Shown: positions 31,101-41,222 of the stretch, piece after piece
Position numbering within the stretch: the stretch's first letter is position 1
Layout: every line of letters starts with the position of its first letter
NCBI GenBank assembly: GCA_000165345.1
Contig: CM000436.1
Location: 1,152,001 to 1,216,000, forward strand
Length of the DNA stretch: 64,000 bases
Direction: 5' to 3'
Translations under genes and position numbers: made by a program
Notes under the pieces: generated by a model
The model's database searches: none
The model's input: the letters and a program-made list of their open reading frames with translations, nothing else
What the model was told of the DNA's origin: nothing

Positions 31101-34065
31101 TTTCTTACTTGTTTTAGTCATTTATAGCAAATTATGGTTGAATGGATCTATAGCAATCTATAATATAGCTAAGAAGAGATTAATGTTCTTTTCACCTTTT
31201 ATATCTGCTGTACCATCTATAATGGGTAACGTATTATCACAAACTGGTAATAAGGAGGAGATCATATACAGATTTCTTGAGAATGAGTTTGATCTTGGAA
31301 GACCAATAACCTCAATATGCACTCCAATTATTGAACCAAAATATTATATAGCAAAAGAAGGAGGAGGGATTTCAATTTCTTCCACATTTTCTCTGAATCC
31401 TAGTGGATTAAGTACTTCCAGCCAAGGAGGTAATGATTCGAACTTTACACAAAGCTCTAATTCTTATTTGATTTCTTGTGAACTTATTAAGATGGAAGAA
31501 GAAGATAGCAAAGAGGGTAATAGTGAAATGATACTGGTTGCTTCAGTTTCACAGAAGCCAATCCTGGTTTATAGGCTTGATCTTAGAAATAATAACTCAA
31601 ATATTTCTAGATCAGGAGATTTCATCTTCTCTAGGAAATGGAAGCTGGAAATACAGACAAACTTTAATCATGTACAGATGGATATTACAAGATTCTTTGC
31701 TCAGTTTCCAAACACCATATCAAGTTCCAATATCCAAGAAACATTTTCAATTGAATCACCATTATCTATTTATAATTGTGGTCATGGTATTTCATTTAAT
31801 TCAAAGATCTCAAATAATGTGGATACCTGGATAATTCAGCCACCATCTCCCTTAGATATAGAATTCAGACAAGAAATAATGAGTGATGAAAGAAAGGTAT
31901 GCGAAATGGGGGATATCTCGTCTTATTCTCCATCTTCTCTTGTTATTATGACAGACAAAGGAAGATTTTCAGTGGTAAGCTTGTACGAGACGAGAACATC
32001 CAATTGTATAGCCAAGATAGATTCTCCGTGGTCTCCTATACATATACTTTTAACAACGAGTATTGAGAATGAAATAAACTTTGAATTTTTAAATCTTGCA
32101 AATACTTCATCAGATCCAAAATTCTGTAACTCTTTATGCACTTTGCCATTTCCAGGTAATGATAATTGGTTACTCAGAAGAGCCTTCCTTCCAGAAGTGG
32201 TGGTCCAAAGAGTGGCATTTTGCAAAGAGTATGGTCTTATTGCCATTATTGTTGGAATTCCTGATAATGCAAAGCACCATTTAAATGGGTATCATATTCG
32301 TCAAATGGCTTTCTATAGATATCTAAGATGTCTAGAAGCTGGAGGAAAAGAAGCTCAAACTATCTTACTTAACCAAGATCTCATTAGAAACCCCGACAAG
32401 TGCTTTGAAAAGTCTTTAGCAAGTATTCCAGATTTAGATATTCCTCCTGCAAATTTCGACTCAGAAACATATTTTGACACTCTTCCTCCTGGGATAGAAA
32501 TTGGAGAATCTCTTCCTAAAATATTCTATCAGTCTAATATGATAAACGAAAAAGCCAGAAAATTAGGGTTTTCTAACCAATCTTCCACATGCAGTCATTC
32601 CGAGACAGAAAATGGGGCGCCCAACGGTGCATGCAATGGTTTTGAGCGGGAACAATTCGGAATATTAATGGACCCAAATATAATGCGTAACGAGTTATTA
32701 ATATATTCATTTGAAGATTTATTTCCACATTTAAGACCATCAGTGCCACTTTCAGGGCAAAGCCTTGATAGTTTTCCGAAGCCAAAAGGAAGATATGCTT
32801 TTGGAGCTTGGGAGGTGGGTCTGAGTATGAAGTTTGGACAAGATTCCAAAGGCCAGCAAGTTTTAATTATTGGTACAGGCACAAACCCAACTCATTACTA
32901 TGAAGCAGAGGGAAGGCTACTGATGTTTAAAGTAAAGCAATTGGTTTCTGTAAATGAGGAAGATGGGAATATTGTAGGAGGAACAACAGGAAATGGAACA
33001 GAAGTTGAAAGTAAAAGAGAAGTAGTAGTAGGAACAACAGGAGTTCGAGTAAATAATACAAAATGGACAAATATGTTAAAATATTGGCCATCCAGATTTT
33101 CAAAGCAGCTATATCATGATAATGTACAAGAGTTGGATATTTGTTTTCAAAGTATGTATAGGGGTCCTGTAACAAGTGTTGATCTAATTAACCTACCAGC
33201 AACAACAGCTCCAATTGCACCAGCAATACCAGCTTTAGCAGCTTATCCAATAATACAGAATAATTCTATTGTCAGAGCTCCAAATTCTAATGTTACCTAC
33301 ATTGCTCATACATTTGGATATAGACTTTATATACATGAACTAAGAGAAAATAACGAGGGGAACTTTACTAAAGGAACTTTTATGGATACTCCTTTAGGTA
33401 TTAGTTCAGTTTCTAATTATAAAGCTTTATTTTTCTTGGGAGACATAAGAAGAGGAATTCATTTTGGAATGCTTAGAACTGATGCTTCCAGAGGATCTCA
33501 AACAATGGTTAAATTTGCTAGATCTCATCCTCTTTGGAAATTTACATGTACATCTGCTCAAGCTATTGTTCAAGATAAAGATCTTGCAATTCTAGTATCT
33601 GACAACAATAATAATCTATTTACTTTTGAACCTAACTTTAATGCAACGCAAATAATTGACAAGGAAACACTTAAACCAACATCACATACAAGCCTTTCTA
33701 CATCCTTCGTACATATGAGAACTGTGGAATCAGATAATTATCGTTATGTCATTGCTAGTGGAAGAAATGGTTCCTTCTTCTCTATAAAGCTCACAAATAA
33801 ATTACAACACGAACATCTTTCACATGTTGAGAAATTACTCTGTTGCAATATTCCTTCATTTTTAGGAATATCTCCTAATTCCTCTCTGCCTATTAATCCA
33901 AATCTTACCAGCATCCCACAATTCATTCAAAATCTATATCCTACTGATAAAATCATATTTCTTAAACATCTAAATTACCTTAAATACTTATCTGATCCAA
34001 TCTTACAATCCATTTTCAAAAACACAAATATATCACTTTCGCGCATTCACCAATTTATAGTTTGA
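28168..34065 (+). CDS. CPSF-A/DDB1/SF3B3-family triple beta-propeller protein, most like CPSF160 (CPSF1); oversized at 1965 aa
   Basis: ATG start. The N-terminus MTAVFDTYCSSERPEFSVFGHFVG...IELYEV parallels CPSF1 MYAVYK..PTGLEFSMYCNFFN...LYVYRL. The C-terminal region (FFLGDIRRGIHFGMLRTD...LAILVSDNNNNLFTFEP...LKHLNYLKYLSDPILQSIF) has the CPSF_A character. Long Asn/Ser-rich insertions are present. Confidence 0.6.
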   Translation: MTAVFDTYCSSERPEFSVFGHFVGRRDEQDSRLNLSLVKSNRIELYEVNKDKKIRFIASSILLQTPVACTTLKGHNGMPDYIVLLFAHWEIMIYRYSNQYGELELVSKDQIEIGDFARGASLKFSRVIEADDNIKLEQILIGAKPNCDDLVLMITSPKYLLFITYRLKANRNEFNKELSLGVCWGILVETDIYMDTIVDSCQILDENSNLCLQPKIAILTRIGPISTGSIQSHSNCVSLIYLTINMELTEFTVLDKLELLPMDSYKLIPFDTRRNTNICLSGGVMVLSRNSIILHGGINRPFTLITTNDSYDKVPEKKLEVDLCAQKVHGFKAKTFGFDTGIVNVDGNSTSTTSNDNSEFLNTISTDNSNSNLDLRTLLTNLQPILINQPELSIEFQISYSVPFLITNEYYGILLFNQIQPYLIGLVLQLSTDRTNGIKGFHWFKVNEYWDWSRNYLSCRNDSVLYLETTTHTKKLGSETILDEHYLITGTPIFRVQNARFVQNKNDSYNCQSLLLIGNNDSNSGISILDFTFNKKFTVPFIKNISSTQDPQLSYNAIVKLINSKEAQSRISDEKNKKIKRNQVDSDSVNLIQPYSETYLSSSNLEDLERFYIYSDIPIKEYCNESEENVGILRDIKIRDYLDLGPNSLRDFCIIPSSYENWNIELDDEKRHKKYPVDENHSILSTNGTYPIGQLSLYEKSVSKSLITKFSLDDILFHWTLNDPITSKTKYLVFTSDPLKSIGKTYFFSLDTCINSSQETFIIGDVNQLDPSEGEFDYEADSNTVGVGVIKMGNAYEDIFVIQVLPSTINVLDFGIKTRLVELDLISTLFSDNPDAPLAIKSFIMGNLIIILFEDSTIKVLKILKSNPDKDQDHKIGTEYINSLNSLKIINEFLRYQIIIENMDDLFEELNNLFEINQLVIKQRVMEGETSQLFEDEPLETTSIEERNPDQLWKNKFWIRHVSPVITNSDRNLKDSEDFLLVLVIYSKLWLNGSIAIYNIAKKRLMFFSPFISAVPSIMGNVLSQTGNKEEIIYRFLENEFDLGRPITSICTPIIEPKYYIAKEGGGISISSTFSLNPSGLSTSSQGGNDSNFTQSSNSYLISCELIKMEEEDSKEGNSEMILVASVSQKPILVYRLDLRNNNSNISRSGDFIFSRKWKLEIQTNFNHVQMDITRFFAQFPNTISSSNIQETFSIESPLSIYNCGHGISFNSKISNNVDTWIIQPPSPLDIEFRQEIMSDERKVCEMGDISSYSPSSLVIMTDKGRFSVVSLYETRTSNCIAKIDSPWSPIHILLTTSIENEINFEFLNLANTSSDPKFCNSLCTLPFPGNDNWLLRRAFLPEVVVQRVAFCKEYGLIAIIVGIPDNAKHHLNGYHIRQMAFYRYLRCLEAGGKEAQTILLNQDLIRNPDKCFEKSLASIPDLDIPPANFDSETYFDTLPPGIEIGESLPKIFYQSNMINEKARKLGFSNQSSTCSHSETENGAPNGACNGFEREQFGILMDPNIMRNELLIYSFEDLFPHLRPSVPLSGQSLDSFPKPKGRYAFGAWEVGLSMKFGQDSKGQQVLIIGTGTNPTHYYEAEGRLLMFKVKQLVSVNEEDGNIVGGTTGNGTEVESKREVVVGTTGVRVNNTKWTNMLKYWPSRFSKQLYHDNVQELDICFQSMYRGPVTSVDLINLPATTAPIAPAIPALAAYPIIQNNSIVRAPNSNVTYIAHTFGYRLYIHELRENNEGNFTKGTFMDTPLGISSVSNYKALFFLGDIRRGIHFGMLRTDASRGSQTMVKFARSHPLWKFTCTSAQAIVQDKDLAILVSDNNNNLFTFEPNFNATQIIDKETLKPTSHTSLSTSFVHMRTVESDNYRYVIASGRNGSFFSIKLTNKLQHEHLSHVEKLLCCNIPSFLGISPNSSLPINPNLTSIPQFIQNLYPTDKIIFLKHLNYLKYLSDPILQSIFKNTNISLSRIHQFIV

Positions 34066-34171
34066 CTTTCCCGCTCAAAAAATGGGCGGTAAGTGGGGTA
34101 ACTGAATAATTTTATAGAATATTTATAATAATAAATATATAAAATAAATAATACATTTAATTATGGACTTG

Positions 34172-34191
34172 TTTTTTTTTTTTTTTTTTTT
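34172..34191. repeat. T20 homopolymer (then T9 at 34201..34209) in the CPSF/RIC1 spacer
   Basis: Seen directly. Confidence 0.95.
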
Positions 34192-34485
34192 AATAATTTT
34201 TTTTTTTTAGAATAAATTAATCTTCTTGAATATTGAAGTTCACATTTTCAATTATTATTTATCTCTGACTATGTATATATAGTTTTATTTTGTGTTTAGT
34301 CTTAAAAAATATATATCAAATTAGTCTGGGCTTGATTATATAGATTTAACAGTAATATTTAGATCCTCACAATATGTCATGTTAGCAATATAAAATGAAA
34401 TTTTGATTTGAATGTAATTGAAAATTAGTTGAATAAAATAAAATAAAATTAAAAAAAAAAAATGTATTGTAATTATTTGCAATAA

Positions 34486-37400
34486 ATGATAATTCCATTA
34501 GTAAATAACGTAAGAACATATGATGGTTTTGTTAATGGTGAAATAATTGGATCAAAAATAAGTCCATGCGAAAATTACTTGGCAATAATTACAAAAGATT
34601 CTCTTCAAATAGTTAGTAATCGTCATAATCGAATACTAATTTCCAGATTTATATTAAACAACAATAATAAAGAAAAAATTGATGAAACTTTTAGTGGAAA
34701 TTTAGAATGGAGTAATAATAGTAAATTGTTAATCTTAGGATCTTCAAGTTATCAACATGTCTTTGTTTTCCGTCTTCATCTGCATTCTCCTCTTGAAATT
34801 TCAAATGAAAATGGATATTTGAGTGAATCAGAATCTAATTTTGAAGATTCTAGTAATGAAAGTAATGAATTTGATGATAATGATGTTGATGATAATAATA
34901 ATAATAAGGATAATAATGAAAATAAATATCAAACAAATAAACAGGAAAACTTTTTTATTATAAGTGATTCTGTTTCAAAAGTTAATAATAATGAAAGATT
35001 TGTTTTTATTACTGAAGAGCTTGAAAATGGATTAATTAATATTCCAAGTGTTAATGTTCCTGATGAAATCTTTGATAGCTTTCAAGAAGATCTGTTATCT
35101 TTTCAGTTAATTAGTGAATATGGAACTTTGACAGAAAAAAATGAAAAGTCAAATATAGAAACTGAAATTGAATTCTCAACATCTTATGCAAAATTGGATT
35201 TAATTGGAATGATTAATGTATTTTATAAATTTGATTCCTTTCTTCTTATTTTTGACCAAAATATTAATGAATATGTTTTATTATTTTCTTTAAATGAATT
35301 TCCAATACTAATTTTAATAACAATTTCCAACTCAAGCTTCAAAATAAGAAGAAATATATTCTTAACAGATTTAATTTCTTTAAAAGGTATTGGAGATGAA
35401 TTTAAAAACAATTTTCAAACTTGTTCATTTTCTTCATTAGATCCTATTTATAACTTTGATTTAAATAAAAGAAACTTTTTTAGTGGATATTTGGATTTAT
35501 CCATTATAAATAAAGAAATTAAATTGGAAAATTTGGAAAGATTAAAAATATCCTCTCAAATTCAAGAAAATATTAAAGAATTATCAACTTCAGCCAATTC
35601 TTATTACCAAAATGGTTTAAGTTTAATGGAAACTTTAATTAATAATAGTAATAAAGATTTTGATTTTAGTTTGCAAAATAAACCAAATTTCTTAGGATTT
35701 GGAATTAGAAATTTGGAATATAATGAAATTCATGATTGGTTAACATTAATAGTTAAACCAATCAATTCTCTTTTATTATTTTCTTGGAATTCACCATTAA
35801 CTTTAAATGGAAATCATAAAGATTATGATCAAAGTAAAAATATTCAAAGATCTCCATTTGGATTTATTATTAAGCCAAGTGGTATTTTGAGATCAAAAAT
35901 TCTCAATCGATATCGTAGAATTGTTACAATTTGTGACGAATCATTTGAACTTACAGAAGAAATTGGAATTGAATTTGAATTATGTAATGATTATATTGAT
36001 AATGAATCCACTTATAATTTTGATGATAATAATAATAAATCAATTAATGATTCAGAAATTAACATTTCTAACTCATTTAACCAAAAAGAATTGTTTATTA
36101 GAATTCTTTCATTTGAAGAGATGATATTTATTCAGCCAGAAAATAATCATAAAACTGCTGAAAATAATATAATTTTTGATAAACCCAAAATTAATTGTAT
36201 ATTTAGTTTAAAACTTTCAGAAATGATCTCCAATATGAGCTTATTCTCCAAAGTCCCATATATGAGTGTAACCAATAGTGATATGTATATTACTATAACT
36301 TTGGAAGAATATGGAATATTTATAATTGATAGTCTTTCTGGTAAAATTTACTTTAAAATTAATAAAGATATATCCAAAATTCAGAATTCCATTATATTTA
36401 AACATGCTATTATTATTTCAAATGATTTTTCAATGTTGTACCAAGTAAAGATTAAAACAAATGATAATGATCAAGAAAGATTATATTTGATAGAACTTCC
36501 AATTTATAAATTAGTGGAAACAAGATCATCTTTTTGTAGGCTTTCAAATAATGATCAAAGTCTTCCTTCATGTGAAAATTTGGTTTTTCTTGGAATAGAA
36601 AGCATTGGAATATTACAATGTAATTACAGAAATTTTCAATTAGATTTTGATTTAGAATCCAATAACTTTAATGATTTGAAGGAAAGTAATAAAATTGAAA
36701 AAGATTCCATTAAAGAATTAAGTTTCAAAAATGAACATTTTAGTTACAATTATGATAATAATATTAAAAATAACCAAAGAATTACCCCAGATTCTAGTGG
36801 AATAATATCATCTTGTGTTGAATTCCAAACAGATTTAGTTTTGAAAAGTATACCAATTCCTCCTTCCATATATATTAATCATAACTGGCCAATTAATATG
36901 GCATATGTTAACAAAAGTGGAAATTATATACTAGTAAGTGGTTATAGGGGATGTGCAATTTATGATTTAATTAACTCAAGATGGAGATTATTTTGTGATT
37001 TAAATCATGAACTTCTTTTATGTAAACCAAATTTACCATTTGGATGGATTAATGAATGGGTTTTCTTCTTATCAGTGGATTCCTCTTTGCTTTTAAATAC
37101 TTTTCATGATTTAATTACAAGTAATGATGATTTATGGGAAATATCAGCATTTGAGAAGAATAAATTATATGAAACTTATATCCGATCTTTAAATAGAAAA
37201 TTGAAATCCAGAAATATTCAAAATCAAATAAATAAAAATGACGAAAGTTGTATTGTATTTTTCGATATCCGAAATTCTCTTGATATAAGAAATATTATTG
37301 GAATAATTCCGTTTTGCTCTTCTAATCCATTATTAGTGGTTAATAGTATATCTAAACCAGAAGATGATCTTTTTATTTTGTATACTGATGATTTTGTTCT

Positions 37401-39810
37401 TACAGCTTACGAAGATGAAAATTTATCAAATTCTTCACGTATACCTTCAGAAGTTAAATGGCTTGTTGATCTTTCAGAAATTTGGAATGAGCATCCTGTA
37501 GAAATTTTATTAATCAATATATGTATTGAATTCTGTATATTTCTTATATTACAAAAAGATTGGAAATTATATAAATTAACAGTATATTACCAACCAAGTG
37601 AAAATATATTAAATAAAAAATGTGAATTTAAACTTGAACCAATTAACAAATCATGTATTGAATTTGATGAGAATTTGTTTTATTATAATAATTCAAATAT
37701 CATAAAATTTGGATATATGGAATTTTGTTCAAATAATAAAGGGATTAAAAAATCCTTTGAATCTTTAGAAATTACTTCTTCCTTAAATAAAGCTCAGTCA
37801 AAATGCAGAATGAATCCAAATATCTCAAATTTTGATAATATTTTGAAAGATGCATTAAATTTACTTGAAAATGAATATAATAAATCAGCTGAAAATGATA
37901 TATTTGAATTTTTAAAAAACGATGATCTCAGAAAGTTTATAAATAATTGTTTGAATCAAAATATAAATATAATTTCAGATAAGCTTCCATTATACTGGGA
38001 AAATATTGAAGAATTAGTCATTTCTGGTATTATTTGGTACTTAACAGAATCTCAAGAAATATTTTTGCTTCCATTAATTGATGAAATGAGTTATAAAGAA
38101 AACCAAAAGTGCTTACAACTTAATCCAATACTTGTACAATCATTTCAAACAAAAATTAATCATACTCAAATTGTGAATTTTTTTCCTGGTCTTGCTTCAT
38201 TTTTACTTTTGGAAACATATCCAAACAAAAAAAGAATTAATAATGAATTTAATTCTGAATCAAATATTAGTAAAAGCCTTAGTTCTTTAGTTAATGAGTC
38301 GAGAATTATATTAACAATATGTCAAAGCTTATCTCCAGTTTTACAAGATTTGATTAACATTCCAAATAAATTTTTGAGATCCAAGATTATAAGAGAATTT
38401 TTATTTCCAATCACGAGTTATATTAAATTTTACCCTTTAGAGAATATACTTAAAATTCTGATAAATATTTTTGAAAATATGATTTTCTCCACTTTAAAAG
38501 ATTCATGTAAAGAGTATAAAAAAATTTTGAATGAGATGATTGAGAAAATGGTATCATTTTCCAAGCAAAATGATCTTATAAATAAAAATGTTACTGATGA
38601 ACTTATTAATAATTATTTGAAAGAAATCTTTTATATTGTTGGACCAAATATGAATATATGCAACGAAAGTTGTTGTGACCATAACAAAGATTCTAGTATC
38701 ATTGAGTTAATTCAATCAAAAATTATAAAATCTTCACCGAAAATACAAGAAATGATACAATTAATGGAAATAATTGAAGAATCTCTCGATATAGTACATA
38801 TAAATATATCTTCAATGGAATCATTATCTCAAATTGGAAGTAATAGTACAGAATCAAATATATTTACTTTTCTTGTTATTTCAATAATCAGAAAGATTGA
38901 TCCAGTAATTGTTCCATGTATAATTTTTCCAATAATTGGTCGAAATCCAAATAATCTTTTTCAAGAATGCATTAGGAATAAAAATTTTTCAAATGCAATG
39001 CTTTACCTAACAGTTTTACAATCTTTTCTTGGACCATATTATGTTAGATATGAACATTCTCTTTTATTACTACATAATATTTTATCAAATACAAATATTA
39101 CCAATTATTATCAACTTTTTTCTATGGCAAGTCAAACCATTAAATTCATCTTTATTATTTTCAAACCAAATAATTTATCTATAAATACGCCATTATCTAA
39201 AATTACTGAGCCAGTTTCAATTGTTGGAATAAATAATTGCAATAATTTAGAATTGGATTGTCTTGTTTTTTTAAATAAAATAGATAGTATACTTGAATTC
39301 CATTTTTTATCTAAACTTATACAAATTGAATGGTTGTATATAATTATTATGTGCAAAAGTTTGGGAATGAACTTTAATTCTTGGTTCACACATTGTTTGC
39401 AAAAATACTTTCCATTATGGTTTAGTGACGAGGATTTGGATTCTTTTTCTTATTTAAAATCTACTAACTTTGTTAATTTGGTTATCTCAGTCCAACATAA
39501 ATTTAACCTTTTTAATATAGAAGAAAATTCTATTTGTCTTTTTGATGAAACATTCCAACAAAATTCATCATCCAAAGTATTGAATAATATTAACCATAAT
39601 TTTCTTTCAAATATTCACAAAAATAATTCAGAAATTTTTTCTCAACATTTTTCTATACAAAAGAACTTTATTGTTATTCAAGTAATTAAACAATTTTTTA
39701 AAGCATTTTTATCCAATTCTTTCCCTTTACCGGCATTAGCTATTGCATATGCATGCAATGACGTGTATTCTGTCCACAAAGTTCTGCATGACTTTCCAAA
39801 TATTAAATAA
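34486..39810 (+). CDS. RIC1-like protein (Rab6 GEF subunit homolog) with an N-terminal WD/beta-propeller region; 1774 aa
   Basis: ATG start. The segment NHNWPINMAYVNKSGNYILVSGYRGCAIYDLINSRWRLFCD aligns with the RIC1 block [38 protein letters not shown]. The N-terminal NLEWSNNSKLLILGSSSYQHVFVFRL resembles RIC1 [24 protein letters not shown]. A 7-codon uORF (34462..34485) abuts the main ATG. Confidence 0.55.
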   Translation: MIIPLVNNVRTYDGFVNGEIIGSKISPCENYLAIITKDSLQIVSNRHNRILISRFILNNNNKEKIDETFSGNLEWSNNSKLLILGSSSYQHVFVFRLHLHSPLEISNENGYLSESESNFEDSSNESNEFDDNDVDDNNNNKDNNENKYQTNKQENFFIISDSVSKVNNNERFVFITEELENGLINIPSVNVPDEIFDSFQEDLLSFQLISEYGTLTEKNEKSNIETEIEFSTSYAKLDLIGMINVFYKFDSFLLIFDQNINEYVLLFSLNEFPILILITISNSSFKIRRNIFLTDLISLKGIGDEFKNNFQTCSFSSLDPIYNFDLNKRNFFSGYLDLSIINKEIKLENLERLKISSQIQENIKELSTSANSYYQNGLSLMETLINNSNKDFDFSLQNKPNFLGFGIRNLEYNEIHDWLTLIVKPINSLLLFSWNSPLTLNGNHKDYDQSKNIQRSPFGFIIKPSGILRSKILNRYRRIVTICDESFELTEEIGIEFELCNDYIDNESTYNFDDNNNKSINDSEINISNSFNQKELFIRILSFEEMIFIQPENNHKTAENNIIFDKPKINCIFSLKLSEMISNMSLFSKVPYMSVTNSDMYITITLEEYGIFIIDSLSGKIYFKINKDISKIQNSIIFKHAIIISNDFSMLYQVKIKTNDNDQERLYLIELPIYKLVETRSSFCRLSNNDQSLPSCENLVFLGIESIGILQCNYRNFQLDFDLESNNFNDLKESNKIEKDSIKELSFKNEHFSYNYDNNIKNNQRITPDSSGIISSCVEFQTDLVLKSIPIPPSIYINHNWPINMAYVNKSGNYILVSGYRGCAIYDLINSRWRLFCDLNHELLLCKPNLPFGWINEWVFFLSVDSSLLLNTFHDLITSNDDLWEISAFEKNKLYETYIRSLNRKLKSRNIQNQINKNDESCIVFFDIRNSLDIRNIIGIIPFCSSNPLLVVNSISKPEDDLFILYTDDFVLTAYEDENLSNSSRIPSEVKWLVDLSEIWNEHPVEILLINICIEFCIFLILQKDWKLYKLTVYYQPSENILNKKCEFKLEPINKSCIEFDENLFYYNNSNIIKFGYMEFCSNNKGIKKSFESLEITSSLNKAQSKCRMNPNISNFDNILKDALNLLENEYNKSAENDIFEFLKNDDLRKFINNCLNQNINIISDKLPLYWENIEELVISGIIWYLTESQEIFLLPLIDEMSYKENQKCLQLNPILVQSFQTKINHTQIVNFFPGLASFLLLETYPNKKRINNEFNSESNISKSLSSLVNESRIILTICQSLSPVLQDLINIPNKFLRSKIIREFLFPITSYIKFYPLENILKILINIFENMIFSTLKDSCKEYKKILNEMIEKMVSFSKQNDLINKNVTDELINNYLKEIFYIVGPNMNICNESCCDHNKDSSIIELIQSKIIKSSPKIQEMIQLMEIIEESLDIVHINISSMESLSQIGSNSTESNIFTFLVISIIRKIDPVIVPCIIFPIIGRNPNNLFQECIRNKNFSNAMLYLTVLQSFLGPYYVRYEHSLLLLHNILSNTNITNYYQLFSMASQTIKFIFIIFKPNNLSINTPLSKITEPVSIVGINNCNNLELDCLVFLNKIDSILEFHFLSKLIQIEWLYIIIMCKSLGMNFNSWFTHCLQKYFPLWFSDEDLDSFSYLKSTNFVNLVISVQHKFNLFNIEENSICLFDETFQQNSSSKVLNNINHNFLSNIHKNNSEIFSQHFSIQKNFIVIQVIKQFFKAFLSNSFPLPALAIAYACNDVYSVHKVLHDFPNIK

Positions 39811-40231
39811 AATTTGCATGCAATTACATAGTTTCAAATACGTTTATATATTTTATTTAATTTTTTTTTTCAGTATGAAATTACTTTTAATATTTATAAA
39901 AAAAAATAAATTTGTTTGAAAGGAGAAGTTTATTATATTTACATTTTTCTCTTTTCACAACCCCATATTTTTTTTTATTTTATTTGAATAGACAATAAGT
40001 TTTATTTATTTTCAGTTAATAAATTAATATTACTAAATATTTTTATCTTTACTGTTTTAATCTATTCCATTCTTTTTCTCTAAATATAAAATAAAATTTC
40101 TTTTATTATCAGTATCTTTCTTTTTATTTGCTTTATTGTTTAATATTTGCTCACACAATTCTTCTGCTAGTAGAATGCATTTGAAAAAAAAAAAAAATCA
40201 TTCATGACATTTTGTTATTAAAAATTTTATC

Positions 40232-40251
40232 GGCCGCCTGACTTTGGCGGG
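40232..40251. promoter_or_regulatory. GGCCGCCTGACTTTGGCGGG E2F-like pair about 210 bp upstream of the 40460 gene
   Basis: Seen directly. Confidence 0.45.
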
Positions 40252-40459
40252 TATGTTTGTAATTATAATTTAATTTGAGGGAATATAAATATTAATATAA
40301 TTGGATAAATAATAAAATTTATTATTGTATAAGGACCAAAAAATAAAGTAAAGTATAAATAGGTTATAAAATCTTAAAGGTGGTCTTTGAGCACTGGTAT
40401 TACAATATAGTCTATTGATATAATTAGTGAAAAGAAAAAGTAATTCATTTGGTTAAAAT

Positions 40460-40726
40460 ATGGAAAATAGTTACAAGATGGGAGTTAAAAATATTGTATT
40501 GTTATTTGCCACATTTCTATTAAGTGTTTTAGCAGAAGATCAAAAGGATGGAGAAATTTTAGCAGTAACTCCAAGAGATTTAAATTTGACTCCTTTTAAT
40601 TTATCAGCTTTAATTTTAGTTTCTTTTTTTACTATGTTGATTATTTTTATTGTTGGATTAACTATTGATACTGATACTCCAACTAGATTTGAAGAGAAGA
40701 TGCCACCTATTATGAAGGAATATTAA
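40460..40726 (+). CDS. small type I membrane protein: signal peptide, a short N-glycosylated ectodomain, one TM helix and a short cytoplasmic tail
   Basis: 88-aa ORF. MGVKNIVLLFATFLLSVLA is the signal peptide, NLT and NLS are sequons, LILVSFFTMLIIFIVGLTI is the TM helix, and the tail ends ...IMKEY. It lies tail-to-tail with the V-ATPase c'' gene. Confidence 0.4.
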   Translation: MENSYKMGVKNIVLLFATFLLSVLAEDQKDGEILAVTPRDLNLTPFNLSALILVSFFTMLIIFIVGLTIDTDTPTRFEEKMPPIMKEY

Positions 40727-41222
40727 GATATTATTTAACTTGGTTATATAAGAAAAAAATAATAAGTATAATTCAGCTCAATAATTTATTTTAATATTAC
40801 TTCAAGTAATATTATCATTTCTAAAATCAAAATCATTATAAATACTATAATTATTCTTTTTAGCAAATATTATTTTTGTTTTCTTTAAAAATTACATAAT
40901 AATTTTTTCTAAGATTTTTATTTAATAAAGAAATTCTTTATTTCTTTACTTAATATTAATACTCAATAATTTTAGCACTATTAATACATATTTTTCTTCA
41001 AAAAAAGTTTTTTTATTTTAGAATTTTCCTTTTTGCTTTTATTTATTAAGAAAAAGTTAATAATTTACTTCAAATTTAAAGAACAATAATGAAATGAAGG
41101 AATATTAAAAGAAAAAAAAAAAAGTCAATTGAATCAATATAAAAAGTTACAACTAATAATAAAAATGTTAACAATCATTAGTGATTGCTAAATATTAAAT
41201 AAAAATCATCAAAATAAAACAT

